Source: a bacterium
GTDB lineage: Bacteria; Patescibacteriota; Minisyncoccia; Phycocordibacterales; JAGLPS01
Length of the DNA stretch: 64,000 bases
Assembly (NCBI GenBank): GCA_030690305.1
Contig: JAUYHB010000020.1
Span: forward strand, 23,535-87,534
Direction of reading: 5' to 3'
Part shown: positions 19,239-28,914 of the stretch, one piece after another
Position numbering within the stretch: the stretch's first letter is position 1
Layout of the letters: every line of letters begins with the position of its first letter
The notes under the pieces: generated by a model
Told to the model about the DNA's origin: nothing
Seen by the model: the letters and a program-made list of their open reading frames with translations, nothing else
The model's database searches: none
Translations under genes and position numbers: made by a program

Positions 19239-20438
19239 ATGTCATTTGATCTAAAAGTCATTCACTCGGTCTTCCAGCAACTTGAAGGAGAACGGGGAAT
19301 TCCAAAAGAAAAAGTTATTGAAGCCATTGAGATGGCGTTAGCAACCGCGTACCGAAAAGAGTACGGAAAAAAGGGCCAAATTGTCAGGGCCTCTTTCAAC
19401 GCGGAAAACGGAGAAACAAATTTCTACCAGGTAAAAATTGTGGTTGATCCTTCTCAGGTCATCATGGACGAGGAAGCGGCTGTTACAGAAACAAGCATTG
19501 AAGGTAAAGAGGGTGAAGTAAAAGAAGTTTTTAATTCCGAGAAGCATATTTTCCTCAATGATGCGAAAAAAATAAAAAAGGACGCAGAGCTCGGAGAAGA
19601 AATCATCTTTCCTCTTGAAGCAAAGGAAGATTTCGGCCGCATCGCATCGCAAACCGCGAAACAAATCATTATTCAAAAAATCAGAGAGGCCGAAAAAGTA
19701 TCCGTACTCGGAGAATTCGGGGAACGTGAAGAAGAAATCGTAAGCGGCACTGTTCAGCGAGTTGAACGGGGAAATATTTTTGTCGATATGGGACGGGCAA
19801 CAGGTTTTTTGCCGTATGAAGAACAAATCAGAGGAGAACATTACCGACCCGGGGAACGCATCAGGGCATATTTATATAAGGTGGAAGAAACTCCCAAAGG
19901 AGTATTTTTGCGTCTTTCCCGCTCACACCCGAAATTTCTTGAAAAACTATTTGAAGTTGAAACTCCGGAAATAGGAGCGGGAGTTGTTGAGATTAAAGCT
20001 ATCGCACGCGAAGCAGGTTCCCGAACAAAAGTTGCCGTATATTCAAAAGACGAGCATGTGGACCCTGTGGGCTCAATGGTTGGACAGCGTGGTGTTCGTG
20101 TTTCAACCGTTATGAGCGAATTGGGTGGAGAAAAAATCGACATTATAGAGTGGTCCGAGGACCCGAAGCAGTTTATTGAGGATGCGCTGTCTCCCGCCAA
20201 AGTATTAAGTGTGGCCATCATTGATGAGAACGAAAGAAAGGTTCGGGTTGAGGTTTCGGAAGACCAACAGTCCCTCGCTATCGGCAAAGGTGGACAAAAT
20301 GTGAGGCTCGCAGCAAAATTAACGGGGTGGAAAATAGATATTCAATCTCCCCAAGGAGAGTCCGTTGCCGCAACCGACGGTGAACATGTTGATGTATCGG
20401 AAACGGTTAAAACAGAGAAGAAAGAAGAGGCTGTATAA
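19239..20438 (+). CDS. nusA: Transcription termination/antitermination factor NusA
   Basis: S1 + KH domains; IGKGGQNVRLAAKLTGWKIDI. Confidence 0.9.
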   Translation: MSFDLKVIHSVFQQLEGERGIPKEKVIEAIEMALATAYRKEYGKKGQIVRASFNAENGETNFYQVKIVVDPSQVIMDEEAAVTETSIEGKEGEVKEVFNSEKHIFLNDAKKIKKDAELGEEIIFPLEAKEDFGRIASQTAKQIIIQKIREAEKVSVLGEFGEREEEIVSGTVQRVERGNIFVDMGRATGFLPYEEQIRGEHYRPGERIRAYLYKVEETPKGVFLRLSRSHPKFLEKLFEVETPEIGAGVVEIKAIAREAGSRTKVAVYSKDEHVDPVGSMVGQRGVRVSTVMSELGGEKIDIIEWSEDPKQFIEDALSPAKVLSVAIIDENERKVRVEVSEDQQSLAIGKGGQNVRLAAKLTGWKIDIQSPQGESVAATDGEHVDVSETVKTEKKEEAV

Positions 20439-20440
20439 GG

Positions 20441-20472
20441 AGTATTAAACCCTTAGTTACCGTCGCTCGTTC
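20441..20472 (+). repeat. Intergenic repeat family, copy 3 (short form, 2 nt after the nusA stop)
   Basis: ggagtattaaacccttagttaccgtcgctcgttcggaaataaa. Confidence 0.6.
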
Positions 20473-20524
20473 GGAAATAAATCAAAAAATTAAAACGTAA
20501 TAATTAATTATTTTTTAACACGTT

Positions 20525-22501
20525 ATGTCTACAATATACTGGCTCGTATTCGCTCCAATCACTATCGCGGTCTTATACAGTCTCTATATTATTCTGTGGC
20601 TCAGACGCCAGCCCGCCGGTAACGAGAAAATGGTCGCCATTTCCAAGGCAATTCAGGAGGGCTCGTCCGCGTATCTTAATCGTCAAAGCAAAACTATCGG
20701 AATAGTTGCTGTGGCCCTTTTTCTTCTTATCGGATTTTTGATTAATTGGACTGTGGCAACGGGATTTCTTCTCGGAGCTTTCCTTTCCGGACTTGCCGCG
20801 TATGTGGGTATGAATATCTCGGTTCGCAGTAACAGTAAAACCGCCGAAGCGGCCAAACAAGGGCTCGGGGCGTCATTTTCTCTTGCATTCAAAGCGGGTT
20901 CGGTTACCGGGCTTCTCGTTGTTGCCCTCGGACTTCTCGCAGTCGCAGGATTTTTTGCTTATACGGGAGACGTTAAATCTCTTATAGGCCTTGCGTTCGG
21001 TTCCAGTTTGATTTCCGTTTTCGCCCGTCTTGGGGGAGGGATTTTCACTAAAGCCGCCGATGTCGGAGCGGACCTCGTGGGGAAAGTTGAAGCGGGAATT
21101 CCGGAAGACGACCCACGCAACCCCGCGGTTATCGCGGACAACGTCGGGGACAACGTCGGGGATTGTGCCGGAATGGCTGCCGATCTTTTTGAAACATATG
21201 TCGTCACACTTACCGCGACAATGCTTATCGGTTTAATGACATTCACAGGCACTCAAATCTGGTTTCCCCTTGTACTGGGAGGTTTGGGAATTCTTGCCTC
21301 GGTTATTGGGGGACTTTTTGTCCGTTTATCGAGCTCACAAAATATTATGGGCGCACTCTATAAGGGTATGGGAGCGGCACTTCTTCTTTCTCTCGGATTA
21401 TTTTACTTCGCAAGTTCAATGTTTTTCCCGGGTGAAACATGGCCGGTATTTTTAAGCACATGCATTGGTCTTGCCGTAACCGTTGCCATGGTTGTCATTA
21501 CCGACTATTACACGGCAAAAAATTTCAGACCCGTTAAACTTATTGCCGAAGCATCGCGTTCGGGACACGGAACAAATATCATCATCGGTCTCGCTGTCGG
21601 GATGGAAGCGACCTTCTTACCGATTATCGTTATCGTCGCGGGAATTTTATTGAGTCATTCTTTACTCGGACTTTTGGGAATTGCGATTGCCGCCACGGCA
21701 ATGCTTTCGGTTGCGGGCATTATTGTTGCCATTGATTCATTCGGCCCGATTACCGATAACGCGGGCGGAATCGCGGAAATGTCCGGCGCAGACAAAGGTG
21801 TAAGAACGATTACCGATGCGTTGGATTCGGTTGGAAACACGACAAAGGCGGTTACAAAAGGATACGCTATTGGTTCGGCGGGTCTTGCCGCTCTTGTATT
21901 GTTTGCCGGCTATGTCGAAGAACTTGCAGGCGCCGGAAAAGAAATTTCTTTCAGTCTTGGGGATCCGTTGGTTGTCGCAGGCCTTTTCATTGGAGGCACG
22001 GTTCCTTATTTGTTCGGCTCGCTTGCTATGCAAGCGGTCGGACAGGTTGCGGGTTCGGTAGTTGAAGAGGTGCGCCGACAATTCAGGGAAATAAAAGGCA
22101 TTATGGAGTTTAAGGCAAAACCCGACTACAGCCGCGCCGTGGACATTGTCACCAAAGCAGCTTTGCAAAAAATGATTATTCCTTCCCTCTTGCCGATTGC
22201 GGCGGTGTTGTTCGTTGGTTTTTTCCTCGGTCCAATCGCCCTTGGCGGCGCACTTATGGGTGTTATCATTTCGGGTCTTTTCATGGCCATCTCAATGACA
22301 TCCGGAGGTGCTGCATGGGATAATGCCAAAAAATATATCGAGGATGGAAATTTCGGAGGAAAAGGAAGTGAGGCGCACAAGGCTGCCGTGACAGGAGACA
22401 CCGTAGGCGACCCGTACAAAGACACGGCGGGACCGGCAATCAATCCTCTTATTAAAGTAATGAACATCGTGGCCCTGTTGTTGGCGCCATTTCTGCTTTA
22501 A
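20525..22501 (+). CDS. hppA: Membrane-bound proton-translocating pyrophosphatase (V-PPase)
   Basis: 658 aa polytopic membrane protein with [16 protein letters not shown] and [10 protein letters not shown] motifs. Confidence 0.85.
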   Translation: MSTIYWLVFAPITIAVLYSLYIILWLRRQPAGNEKMVAISKAIQEGSSAYLNRQSKTIGIVAVALFLLIGFLINWTVATGFLLGAFLSGLAAYVGMNISVRSNSKTAEAAKQGLGASFSLAFKAGSVTGLLVVALGLLAVAGFFAYTGDVKSLIGLAFGSSLISVFARLGGGIFTKAADVGADLVGKVEAGIPEDDPRNPAVIADNVGDNVGDCAGMAADLFETYVVTLTATMLIGLMTFTGTQIWFPLVLGGLGILASVIGGLFVRLSSSQNIMGALYKGMGAALLLSLGLFYFASSMFFPGETWPVFLSTCIGLAVTVAMVVITDYYTAKNFRPVKLIAEASRSGHGTNIIIGLAVGMEATFLPIIVIVAGILLSHSLLGLLGIAIAATAMLSVAGIIVAIDSFGPITDNAGGIAEMSGADKGVRTITDALDSVGNTTKAVTKGYAIGSAGLAALVLFAGYVEELAGAGKEISFSLGDPLVVAGLFIGGTVPYLFGSLAMQAVGQVAGSVVEEVRRQFREIKGIMEFKAKPDYSRAVDIVTKAALQKMIIPSLLPIAAVLFVGFFLGPIALGGALMGVIISGLFMAISMTSGGAAWDNAKKYIEDGNFGGKGSEAHKAAVTGDTVGDPYKDTAGPAINPLIKVMNIVALLLAPFLL

Positions 22502-22528
22502 CAGTTTAATTTAAAAGTGACTCTTCAC

Positions 22529-22560
22529 TCCCCCGACATTGTTTGTCGGGGGTTTTTTAT
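22529..22560 (+). terminator. Rho-independent terminator after hppA
   Basis: cccccgaca-ttgtt-tgtcggggg hairpin followed by tttttt. Confidence 0.7.
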
Positions 22561-22635
22561 TTATAATTTCAGAACACCTTTCTTGTAAGCCCTCCGTTTT
22601 GAAAGTTATAAATTTAATATTCGTCTGTATACACT

Positions 22636-23274
22636 ATGAACATCCAAATGTGCGGCAAATCGTTATTCCTTGTTTTAGCTTCTGTCGCTTTCCTGTTTGC
22701 GGGCAACAGTGTTTTTGCCCAAATTACAAATACGGCGACAGGAACAACAACCGACGAAAAGGAGAGGAGTAGAGCAACTATCCAAGAGAAAAAAGATGGC
22801 ATCAGAACGAATGTGGAAGAGAAAAAAGAATCACTAAAAGATCGCCGTGAGGCTTTATCAAAAGAAATAAAAGACAGACTGAAAGCAAGAATAAGAGGTT
22901 TTGTCCAACAAATGGAAAGACGGCTGGGAGCCGCAATTGAACGAATGGAGAAAATCGCCGAGAGAATCGCATCCCGAATCGAAAAAATAAAAGTGACCGG
23001 AATCGATACCACGGAGGCTGAAACATATCTTGGAGCCATGAAAACCGATATTTCCGAAGCAAAAGCACTCGTAGGAAAAATCCCGGAAGCAATTGAAGAA
23101 AGTTTGCTTGCGGAAGAAATGCGTAAAGCGTTTGAAAATGTGAAAACTATTATTGAAGAAGCGAAAAGAGAGATACAGAGCGCGCATGATAATGCGAAAA
23201 AAGCGATCGGAAGCCTTATGGAGATGGTCAAGGAATCACAGTCGGACGCTTCCACTACCCCATCAATAAACTAA
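22636..23274 (+). CDS. Secreted coiled-coil protein (hypothetical)
   Basis: Signal peptide, then a highly charged K/E/R-rich helical sequence. Confidence 0.45.
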   Translation: MNIQMCGKSLFLVLASVAFLFAGNSVFAQITNTATGTTTDEKERSRATIQEKKDGIRTNVEEKKESLKDRREALSKEIKDRLKARIRGFVQQMERRLGAAIERMEKIAERIASRIEKIKVTGIDTTEAETYLGAMKTDISEAKALVGKIPEAIEESLLAEEMRKAFENVKTIIEEAKREIQSAHDNAKKAIGSLMEMVKESQSDASTTPSIN

Positions 23275-23286
23275 TTTCTTATCATT

Positions 23287-23628
23287 ATGGATAACCAAAA
23301 TATCTCAAATACAAACATGAATTCGAGGGATAACATGCAAAATCCTCTCCCAAACAAGCCAGTGGCTTCTTCCGTCGGACCGCTCGTCGGAATAATTATC
23401 GTCGTCATTATTATTGTTCTCGGTGGGATGTATTTTTGGGGACAACGAGTAGACAGGAGCGGAATAGATCCAATGCTTGAGAATGATGCGATGACTCAAT
23501 CTCTTGAAAACCAAAGTTCATCGGACGACCTTACTGCCATTGAAGCGGATATAGATAACACCGATCTTGAGAATCTTGACGCCGAGCTCAACCAAATAAA
23601 CTCCGATTTGGAAGCATCCGGGCTCTAG
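23287..23628 (+). CDS. Small single-pass membrane protein with acidic C-terminus (hypothetical)
   Basis: One TM helix (LVGIIIVVIIIVLGGMYFW) and a D/E-rich tail; a terminator follows. Confidence 0.4.
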   Translation: MDNQNISNTNMNSRDNMQNPLPNKPVASSVGPLVGIIIVVIIIVLGGMYFWGQRVDRSGIDPMLENDAMTQSLENQSSSDDLTAIEADIDNTDLENLDAELNQINSDLEASGL

Positions 23629-23644
23629 TGTCCATTTCTGCCCG

Positions 23645-23674
23645 CCACCCCGTTTCAAGCGGGGTGGTTTTTGC
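23645..23674 (+). terminator. Rho-independent terminator
   Basis: ccaccccg-tttcaa-gcggggtgg hairpin followed by ttttt. Confidence 0.65.
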
Positions 23675-23715
23675 TAGACAACAAAAAGAAGAACGGATAG
23701 ACTAAGAACTTAATT

Positions 23716-24771
23716 ATGTCGGAACAAAAAACACATTACCAAAATATCAAAGTGACCGCGCTTCCGGATGCGGAAGTGGAAATTGAGGGTGAAATTGACG
23801 CCCAAAGAATGAACGATTTGAGAAATAAGGCGCTCGACACAATTTCAAAAGAAATTGAAATTCCCGGTTTTCGCAAAGGCAAGGCGCCAACTGAAATCGT
23901 GGTTAAGAAAGTCGGAGAAATGCGCCTCCTTGAAGAAGCCGCGGAAATGGCTCTGCAGGAGGAATATCCGATTATTCTGTTCAATGAAAAAATAAACGCT
24001 ATCGGGCTTCCTCATATTCATATCACCAAACTCGCCCCCGGAAACCCCCTTGGATTCAAATTACATACTGCGGTTATGCCGACGATAACGCTCCCCGACT
24101 ATATGCGTATCGCTAAAACCGAAATGGAGAAAAAAGACAGTGTCGAGGTGGAAGAGAAAGAAATCGACCGCGTCATTGAGGAAATACGCAAACAAAAAGC
24201 GGGGAAAAAAGAAAAAGACGCTTCGGAAGAAAACGAACTTCCAGCGCTTACTGATGAATTTGTGAAATCCCTCGGAAATTTTGAGCATGTTGAAGATTTT
24301 AAAAATAAAATAAAGGAAAATCTCTCGTACGAGAAAAAAATCAAAGCGAGAGAGAAAAAAAGAGGGGCAACGATAGACGAACTTCTAAAAAAATCCTCGA
24401 TAACGTTGCCGAAAATTTTGATTGTAAACGAACTTGAAAAAATGCTTTCCCAATTTACGGGCGAAGTCGAGCACATGGGAATCACATGGAATGATTACCT
24501 TGCGCAGACAAAAAAAACCGAGGAAGAGCTCAAAAACGAATGGAGACCGACAGCAGAAAAAAGAGCTAAAACCCAGCTTATTTTGGATGAAATCGCCGTA
24601 AAAGAAAAAATAGAGCCGGAAGAAGACCAGGTGAAAAAGGAGGTGGAACATATTCTCTCCCACTATCCGAAAGCCGACCCGGAACGGGCTCGTGTGTACG
24701 TCAAAGGAATTTTAAGAAACGAAAAGGTTTTTGAGTTTCTTGAATCAGGCCTCGCCAAAGAAAGCGAATAA
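23716..24771 (+). CDS. tig: Trigger factor (short form, apparently lacking the PPIase domain)
   Basis: N-terminal ribosome-binding signature PGFRKGKAP. At 351 aa versus about 430 aa, the FKBP-like middle domain appears absent. Confidence 0.6.
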   Translation: MSEQKTHYQNIKVTALPDAEVEIEGEIDAQRMNDLRNKALDTISKEIEIPGFRKGKAPTEIVVKKVGEMRLLEEAAEMALQEEYPIILFNEKINAIGLPHIHITKLAPGNPLGFKLHTAVMPTITLPDYMRIAKTEMEKKDSVEVEEKEIDRVIEEIRKQKAGKKEKDASEENELPALTDEFVKSLGNFEHVEDFKNKIKENLSYEKKIKAREKKRGATIDELLKKSSITLPKILIVNELEKMLSQFTGEVEHMGITWNDYLAQTKKTEEELKNEWRPTAEKRAKTQLILDEIAVKEKIEPEEDQVKKEVEHILSHYPKADPERARVYVKGILRNEKVFEFLESGLAKESE

Positions 24772-24802
24772 AGATTCCCAGGGCAAAGCCCCGAGGAATT
24801 AA

Positions 24803-24920
24803 CCTTTGTTTCGTCTTCGCTCGCAGGTCATGAGAGCACAGTACCGCTCTCGCGACACCGCTCGCTCGCCGAAATAAAAAGTACCGAGCCTTTTGTTGTT
24901 GTTTAGACAATAAGCAAAAG
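24803..24920 (+). repeat. Intergenic repeat family, copy 4 (long form + B module, after tig)
   Basis: ttaacctttgtttcgtcttcgctcgc ... ccgctcgctcgccgaaataaaaa ... gtttagacaataagc. Confidence 0.6.
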
Positions 24921-25595
24921 TGAGGCGGCGGCAAGAGCCGCCGTTTCGCTTTTAAGAGTCATTGTGCCAAGACTGAGCGACGGAATATTTTTTTCTCCGA
25001 AGATTTCTTTTTCTTTCTCGCTCCAACCTCCTTCCGGCCCGATAAATACGGCCACGGTGTTTTCTGAGGCAGAGTGGGTAAACACCGCCCCCGCAGCATC
25101 AAAAAAAATAGCGGGTACGGAAAGTGTCTCAAGTGCCTCTTTCAAAGAAACAACCGGGTGCAGGGTTGGAAGCACGGCGTGCCCGGATTGTTCCGCCGCC
25201 TCCACAAGAATACGTTTCAGCCGTTCGAGATTTAAATTCTTTTTTTCGCTTCTTTCGGAGATAACGGGAACAAAGTGCGACACGCCGATTTCAGTTCCCT
25301 TCTCAACCACCCATTCGAATTTATCTTTTTTTATAAGAGAGGAATAAAGCCAGACTTCCCGTTTTGGTATGACAATATTTTTTTGAGAGCTCAAAACGGA
25401 AAGGACTGCGTTTTGTTTTGTTAAAACGGAGATTTCACATAAAAAATCAAAACCGGAACCGTTAAACAATACAACGCGCTCCCCCGCCTTAAAACGAAAC
25501 ACATTCCGCCATTGATTAAGAGTGTCGGTGTTTTCTATATCAAGCGTCTTTTTTGATGCAAAAGATGAGTCAATAAAAAATCTATGAATGCGCAT
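24903..25595 (-). CDS. rsmE: 16S rRNA (uracil1498-N3)-methyltransferase
   Basis: MRIHRFF start, PUA-like N-terminus and a SPOUT C-terminal domain ([12 protein letters not shown]). Confidence 0.75.
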   Translation of the reverse strand: MRIHRFFIDSSFASKKTLDIENTDTLNQWRNVFRFKAGERVVLFNGSGFDFLCEISVLTKQNAVLSVLSSQKNIVIPKREVWLYSSLIKKDKFEWVVEKGTEIGVSHFVPVISERSEKKNLNLERLKRILVEAAEQSGHAVLPTLHPVVSLKEALETLSVPAIFFDAAGAVFTHSASENTVAVFIGPEGGWSEKEKEIFGEKNIPSLSLGTMTLKSETAALAAASLLLIV

Positions 25596-25689
25596 AGGGT
25601 CAGTATGGGCAAAGCATTCTTCTTGCGCAAGTTATTTGAAATTATCGTCAACTTGTTATATTGTGTTGACATTAATCATTGAAACAACC

Positions 25690-26274
25690 ATGTTAATTCC
25701 AACAGTTATCGAAAAATCACAGTTTGGAGAACGGGCATATGACATCTATTCCCGCCTTTTGCGCGACAGAATCATATTTCTCGGAGGGCCGATTGACGAC
25801 AACGTGGCGAACATCGTCATTGCCCAGCTTCTCTTTCTTGAATCCGAAGACCCTAAAAAGGATGTGGAACTTTATGTCAACTCTCCCGGCGGCTCCGTTA
25901 CCGCAACCCTTGCCATTATAGACACAATGACCCACATCAAACCCGACGTTAAAACCTTTTGCATCGGTCTTGCCGCATCGGGAGCAGCCTGGATTCTTTC
26001 TTCCGGGGCAAAAGGCAAGCGTGCCATCCTGCCAAACGGAGAAGTTATGATTCATCAACCGTTGGGCGGCGCAGAAGGGCAGGCAACCGACATTGAAATT
26101 TCGGCAAAACACATACTCAAACTGCGAGACAAGCTTAATAAAATAATGTCAAAAAACACGGGGAAATCTCTTTCGGAAATAGAAAAAGACGTGGAACGCG
26201 ACTTTTTCATGAGTGCCGAGGAAGCGGTTAAATATGGAGTCGCGGATATGGTACTTGAAAAGAAACAAAAATAA
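25690..26274 (+). CDS. clpP: ATP-dependent Clp protease proteolytic subunit
   Basis: ClpP motifs ([11 protein letters not shown], Ser in GLAASGAAW, His in MIHQPLGG). Start at MLIPTV (25690). Confidence 0.9.
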   Translation: MLIPTVIEKSQFGERAYDIYSRLLRDRIIFLGGPIDDNVANIVIAQLLFLESEDPKKDVELYVNSPGGSVTATLAIIDTMTHIKPDVKTFCIGLAASGAAWILSSGAKGKRAILPNGEVMIHQPLGGAEGQATDIEISAKHILKLRDKLNKIMSKNTGKSLSEIEKDVERDFFMSAEEAVKYGVADMVLEKKQK

Positions 26275-26287
26275 AAAGTTTTGAACT

Positions 26288-26364
26288 TTTTGTTGTCGTC
26301 GCTCGTTCGGAAATAAAAAAGGGAGCTTTTTTATTCCACTTACTCGCTAGACAATAACAAAACC
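26288..26364 (+). repeat. Intergenic repeat family, copy 5 (short A + B module, after clpP)
   Basis: tttttgttgtcgtcgctcgttcggaaataaaaaa ... ttccacttactcgctagacaataacaaaacc. Confidence 0.6.
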
Positions 26365-26386
26365 CCGCCTCTCGGCGGGGTTTTCG
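26362..26386 (+). terminator. Rho-independent terminator downstream of clpP
   Basis: ccccgcc-tctc-ggcgggg hairpin followed by tttt. Confidence 0.6.
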
Positions 26387-26616
26387 CAAAAACCGGGCCC
26401 GTTTACAAAACAGAAAAAACCTTATACTATTAGGGCGTTAATCAAATTAATTTTTACGCTTCCGCTTTTTGGTATGCACCCCTACCTTCACACTCAGAGG
26501 AGAAAAGATGACAATCTGGATGATCTAGAGGATATTCGTTAAAATCAGAGGTTTTTCTATCTATTTCCTTAAATGTAATAAGGCTGGGATTCTAAAAAGC
26601 GAGGGGTAACGCTACC

Positions 26617-28146
26617 ATGTCATTAAAAATAGCGCTTCTCTTCGCTCTTTCGGCAGCACTCCTTGGAGTGGCGTTTGGTTATTTCCTGCGATGGATTATC
26701 TCGCTGGGAAACAAGACGTCCATGGAGCTGCGAATCAAGCAGATGTTGCTTGAGGCGAAAGACGGAGCCACGCGCATTGCCGCTGAGGCAGAAAAGAAAG
26801 CCGAGGAAACTCTAAAAGAGGCTCGGGTAGAGATAAAGGGAAAAGAAGACAGTCTTAAAAAAACCGAGGAGCGTCTCGTTAAAAAAGAAGAATTCCTCGA
26901 TAAACGACAGGTTGATATCGACAAAGAAGTCGAGAATATAAAGCAGAAAATCACCGAAATAAAGACGATTCGAGAAAAAACAGACGCTCTTGAAGTCGAA
27001 CGAAAGGGCGCTCTTGAAAAAGTGGCCCGATTAAGCGCGGAGGAAGCAAAAAAAGAAATTATGGAAATTGTCGAGAAGGAAACCGAGGAAGATCTTCTTG
27101 TCCGGATGCAAAAACTTGAGGCTTTTGGAAAAGAGAAGCTTGAGCGCAGAGCGCGTGAAATACTCACGACATCCATTCACCGGTATGCCAACTCCGTCTC
27201 TTCGGACATCATGACAACAACAGTTGCCATTCCGTCGGATGAAATAAAAGGAAAAATCATCGGGAAAGAAGGAAGGAATATCAAAGCATTTGAACGCGCG
27301 AGTGGTATTGAAGTTATTGTTGACGACACGCCGGGACTTATTACCCTCTCATCATTCGACCCCGTACGACGTCAAGTTGCCAAAGTAGCTCTTGAAAAAC
27401 TTATCGCGGACGGGCGTATTCAACCTGCAAAAATCGAGGAAATGATGGAAAAAGCAAAGCAGGAAATCAATGAAACAATAAAAGAAAAGGGTGAGCAGGC
27501 CGTGTATGAATGCGGAGTGTACAATCTTGACTCACGTATTGTTGCCATTCTTGGACGCCTCCACTATCGCACCAGTTACGGACAAAATGTTTTGCAGCAC
27601 TCGATTGAAATGGCGCATATCGCAGGTATGATTGCCGAGGAGATAGGCGCCGATGTCTATGTTGCCAAGGCAGGAGCATTGCTTCACGATATTGGAAAAG
27701 CGGTTGACCATGAAGTTGCCGGAACGCATGTTGAAATAGGTATCCGTATACTCCAAAAATTCGGTGCCGATGAAAAAATTATCAAAGCGATGCGTTCTCA
27801 TCATGACGAATACCCCTATGAGACGCCGGAATCATACGTTGTGCAGGCCGCAGATGCGATTTCCGGAAGCCGTCCAGGCGCGCGGCGTGATACCGTGGAA
27901 AATTACCTTAAACGGCTTGGAGACCTTGAGGCTGTTGCCAATTCGTTTTCCGGCGTTGAGAAGGCGTACGCCATTTCCGCCGGTCGTGAGGTAAGAATTT
28001 TCGTGAGATCGGAGGAAATTTCCGACCTCGATGCCCAAAAACTGGCTCGTGATATAGCTCTACGGATAGAACAGGAGCTTAAATACCCCGGTGAAATCAA
28101 GGTAAACGTTATCAGGGAAACGCGCGCTATTGAATTCGCACGATAA
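26617..28146 (+). CDS. rny: Ribonuclease Y
   Basis: N-terminal TM, coiled-coil, KH domain (GKIIGKEGRNIKAFE) and HD domain (LLHDIGKAVDHE). Confidence 0.9.
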   Translation: MSLKIALLFALSAALLGVAFGYFLRWIISLGNKTSMELRIKQMLLEAKDGATRIAAEAEKKAEETLKEARVEIKGKEDSLKKTEERLVKKEEFLDKRQVDIDKEVENIKQKITEIKTIREKTDALEVERKGALEKVARLSAEEAKKEIMEIVEKETEEDLLVRMQKLEAFGKEKLERRAREILTTSIHRYANSVSSDIMTTTVAIPSDEIKGKIIGKEGRNIKAFERASGIEVIVDDTPGLITLSSFDPVRRQVAKVALEKLIADGRIQPAKIEEMMEKAKQEINETIKEKGEQAVYECGVYNLDSRIVAILGRLHYRTSYGQNVLQHSIEMAHIAGMIAEEIGADVYVAKAGALLHDIGKAVDHEVAGTHVEIGIRILQKFGADEKIIKAMRSHHDEYPYETPESYVVQAADAISGSRPGARRDTVENYLKRLGDLEAVANSFSGVEKAYAISAGREVRIFVRSEEISDLDAQKLARDIALRIEQELKYPGEIKVNVIRETRAIEFAR

Positions 28147-28157
28147 AGGATATTAAT

Positions 28158-28234
28158 CCTTTGTTGCCGTCGCTCGTTCGGGAAGTAAAAATAAGAATTT
28201 TTCTTTCCGCTCACTCTCTAGGCAATAAAAAACC
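28158..28234 (+). repeat. Intergenic repeat family, copy 6 (short A + B module, after rny)
   Basis: ggatattaatcctttgttgccgtcgctcgttcgggaagtaaaaa ... ttccgctcactctctaggcaataaaaaacc. Confidence 0.6.
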
Positions 28235-28249
28235 TTTGTGTAAAGCCCT

Positions 28250-28277
28250 TGCGGGAGAAAAACCCTTGTATATAATT
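28250..28277 (+). promoter_or_regulatory. Sigma70-like promoter candidate for hup (TTGCGG-16nt-TATAAT)
   Basis: Near-consensus -35/-10 with canonical spacing, about 90 bp upstream of the hup start. Confidence 0.4.
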
Positions 28278-28366
28278 ACTTTAAGGCTTAACTCAGGCTT
28301 TTCGCTGTTCTTAGAGCTTGGGTTCCAGGGGGTCGAGAGAATTATTAGTAAACCTACAAGGAATCT

Positions 28367-28639
28367 ATGAACAAACAATCAATCGTAGACGTTGTCGCGG
28401 AAAAAATCGGCGTAACGAAAACCCAAGCAGAACAAGCTGTAGACGCTTTTATTGACTCTATTGTTTCAACTTTGACAAAAGGCGAAGAAGTTTCGATAGC
28501 TGGTTTGGGAATTTTTGCAACCAAAACACGTGCAGCGCGACAAGCTCGTAACCCAAGAACTGGTGCAACTATTCAGGTCCCTTCGATGAAAGTTCCGAAG
28601 TTCCGACCCGCCAAGGCTCTTAAAGATGCAGTCAAGTAA
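28367..28639 (+). CDS. hup: DNA-binding protein HU
   Basis: 90 aa with HU/IHF fold motifs (GLGIFATKTRAARQARNPRTG). Confidence 0.9.
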   Translation: MNKQSIVDVVAEKIGVTKTQAEQAVDAFIDSIVSTLTKGEEVSIAGLGIFATKTRAARQARNPRTGATIQVPSMKVPKFRPAKALKDAVK

Positions 28640-28662
28640 AATTTTTCTCTAGAGGAAAAAAC

Positions 28663-28694
28663 AAAATCCGCCCAGAAGGCGGATTTTGTTTTTA
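28663..28694 (+). terminator. Rho-independent terminator after hup
   Basis: aatccgcc-caga-aggcggatt hairpin followed by ttgttttt. Confidence 0.7.
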
Positions 28695-28765
28695 TGCGGG
28701 TAGGGAGAATCGAACTCCCGACCACAGTTTGGAAAACTGTTGTTTTACCACTAAACTATACCCGC
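28695..28765 (-). tRNA. tRNA-Gly (anticodon TCC)
   Basis: Manual fold: acceptor GCGGGTA/TACCCGC, D-arm GTTT/AAAC, anticodon stem ACAGT/ACTGT with loop TTTCCAA, T-arm GGGAG-TTCGATT-CTCCC. No encoded CCA. Confidence 0.85.
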
Positions 28766-28780
28766 AGATAAAGGTATTCA

Positions 28781-28856
28781 CCTTTGCTTCGTTGTCGCTC
28801 GGACACCATGAAACCTAGAAGTTTTCGCGGCGCTTCTCGCTCGACGAAGTAAAAAC
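28781..28856 (+). repeat. Intergenic repeat family, copy 7 (long form, beside tRNA-Gly)
   Basis: aggtattcacctttgcttcgttgtcgctcgg ... cgcttctcgctcgacgaagtaaaaa; terminal inverted repeat cttcgt/acgaag. Confidence 0.6.
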
Positions 28857-28914
28857 TATAGTAGCAAAAATCCAGTTGTTGGGCAATTTTTTACCGATTG
28901 TTATAATCAAACAT

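Noticed and set aside
19338-19841. 167 aa minus-strand ORF
   Set aside because: Antisense to nusA. Low-complexity, Phe/Cys-rich translation typical of an AT-rich antisense frame.
22614-23255. 213 aa minus-strand ORF
   Set aside because: Antisense to the secreted coiled-coil protein gene. Repetitive Ser/Phe-rich translation and no start context. The plus-strand ORF has a signal peptide and a terminator.
26380-26616. Possible leader peptide or small ORF (MTIWMI) upstream of rny
   Set aside because: Seven codons with no RBS or conservation evidence. The region is better explained as the rny promoter/5'-UTR plus the repeat B-module and clpP terminator.
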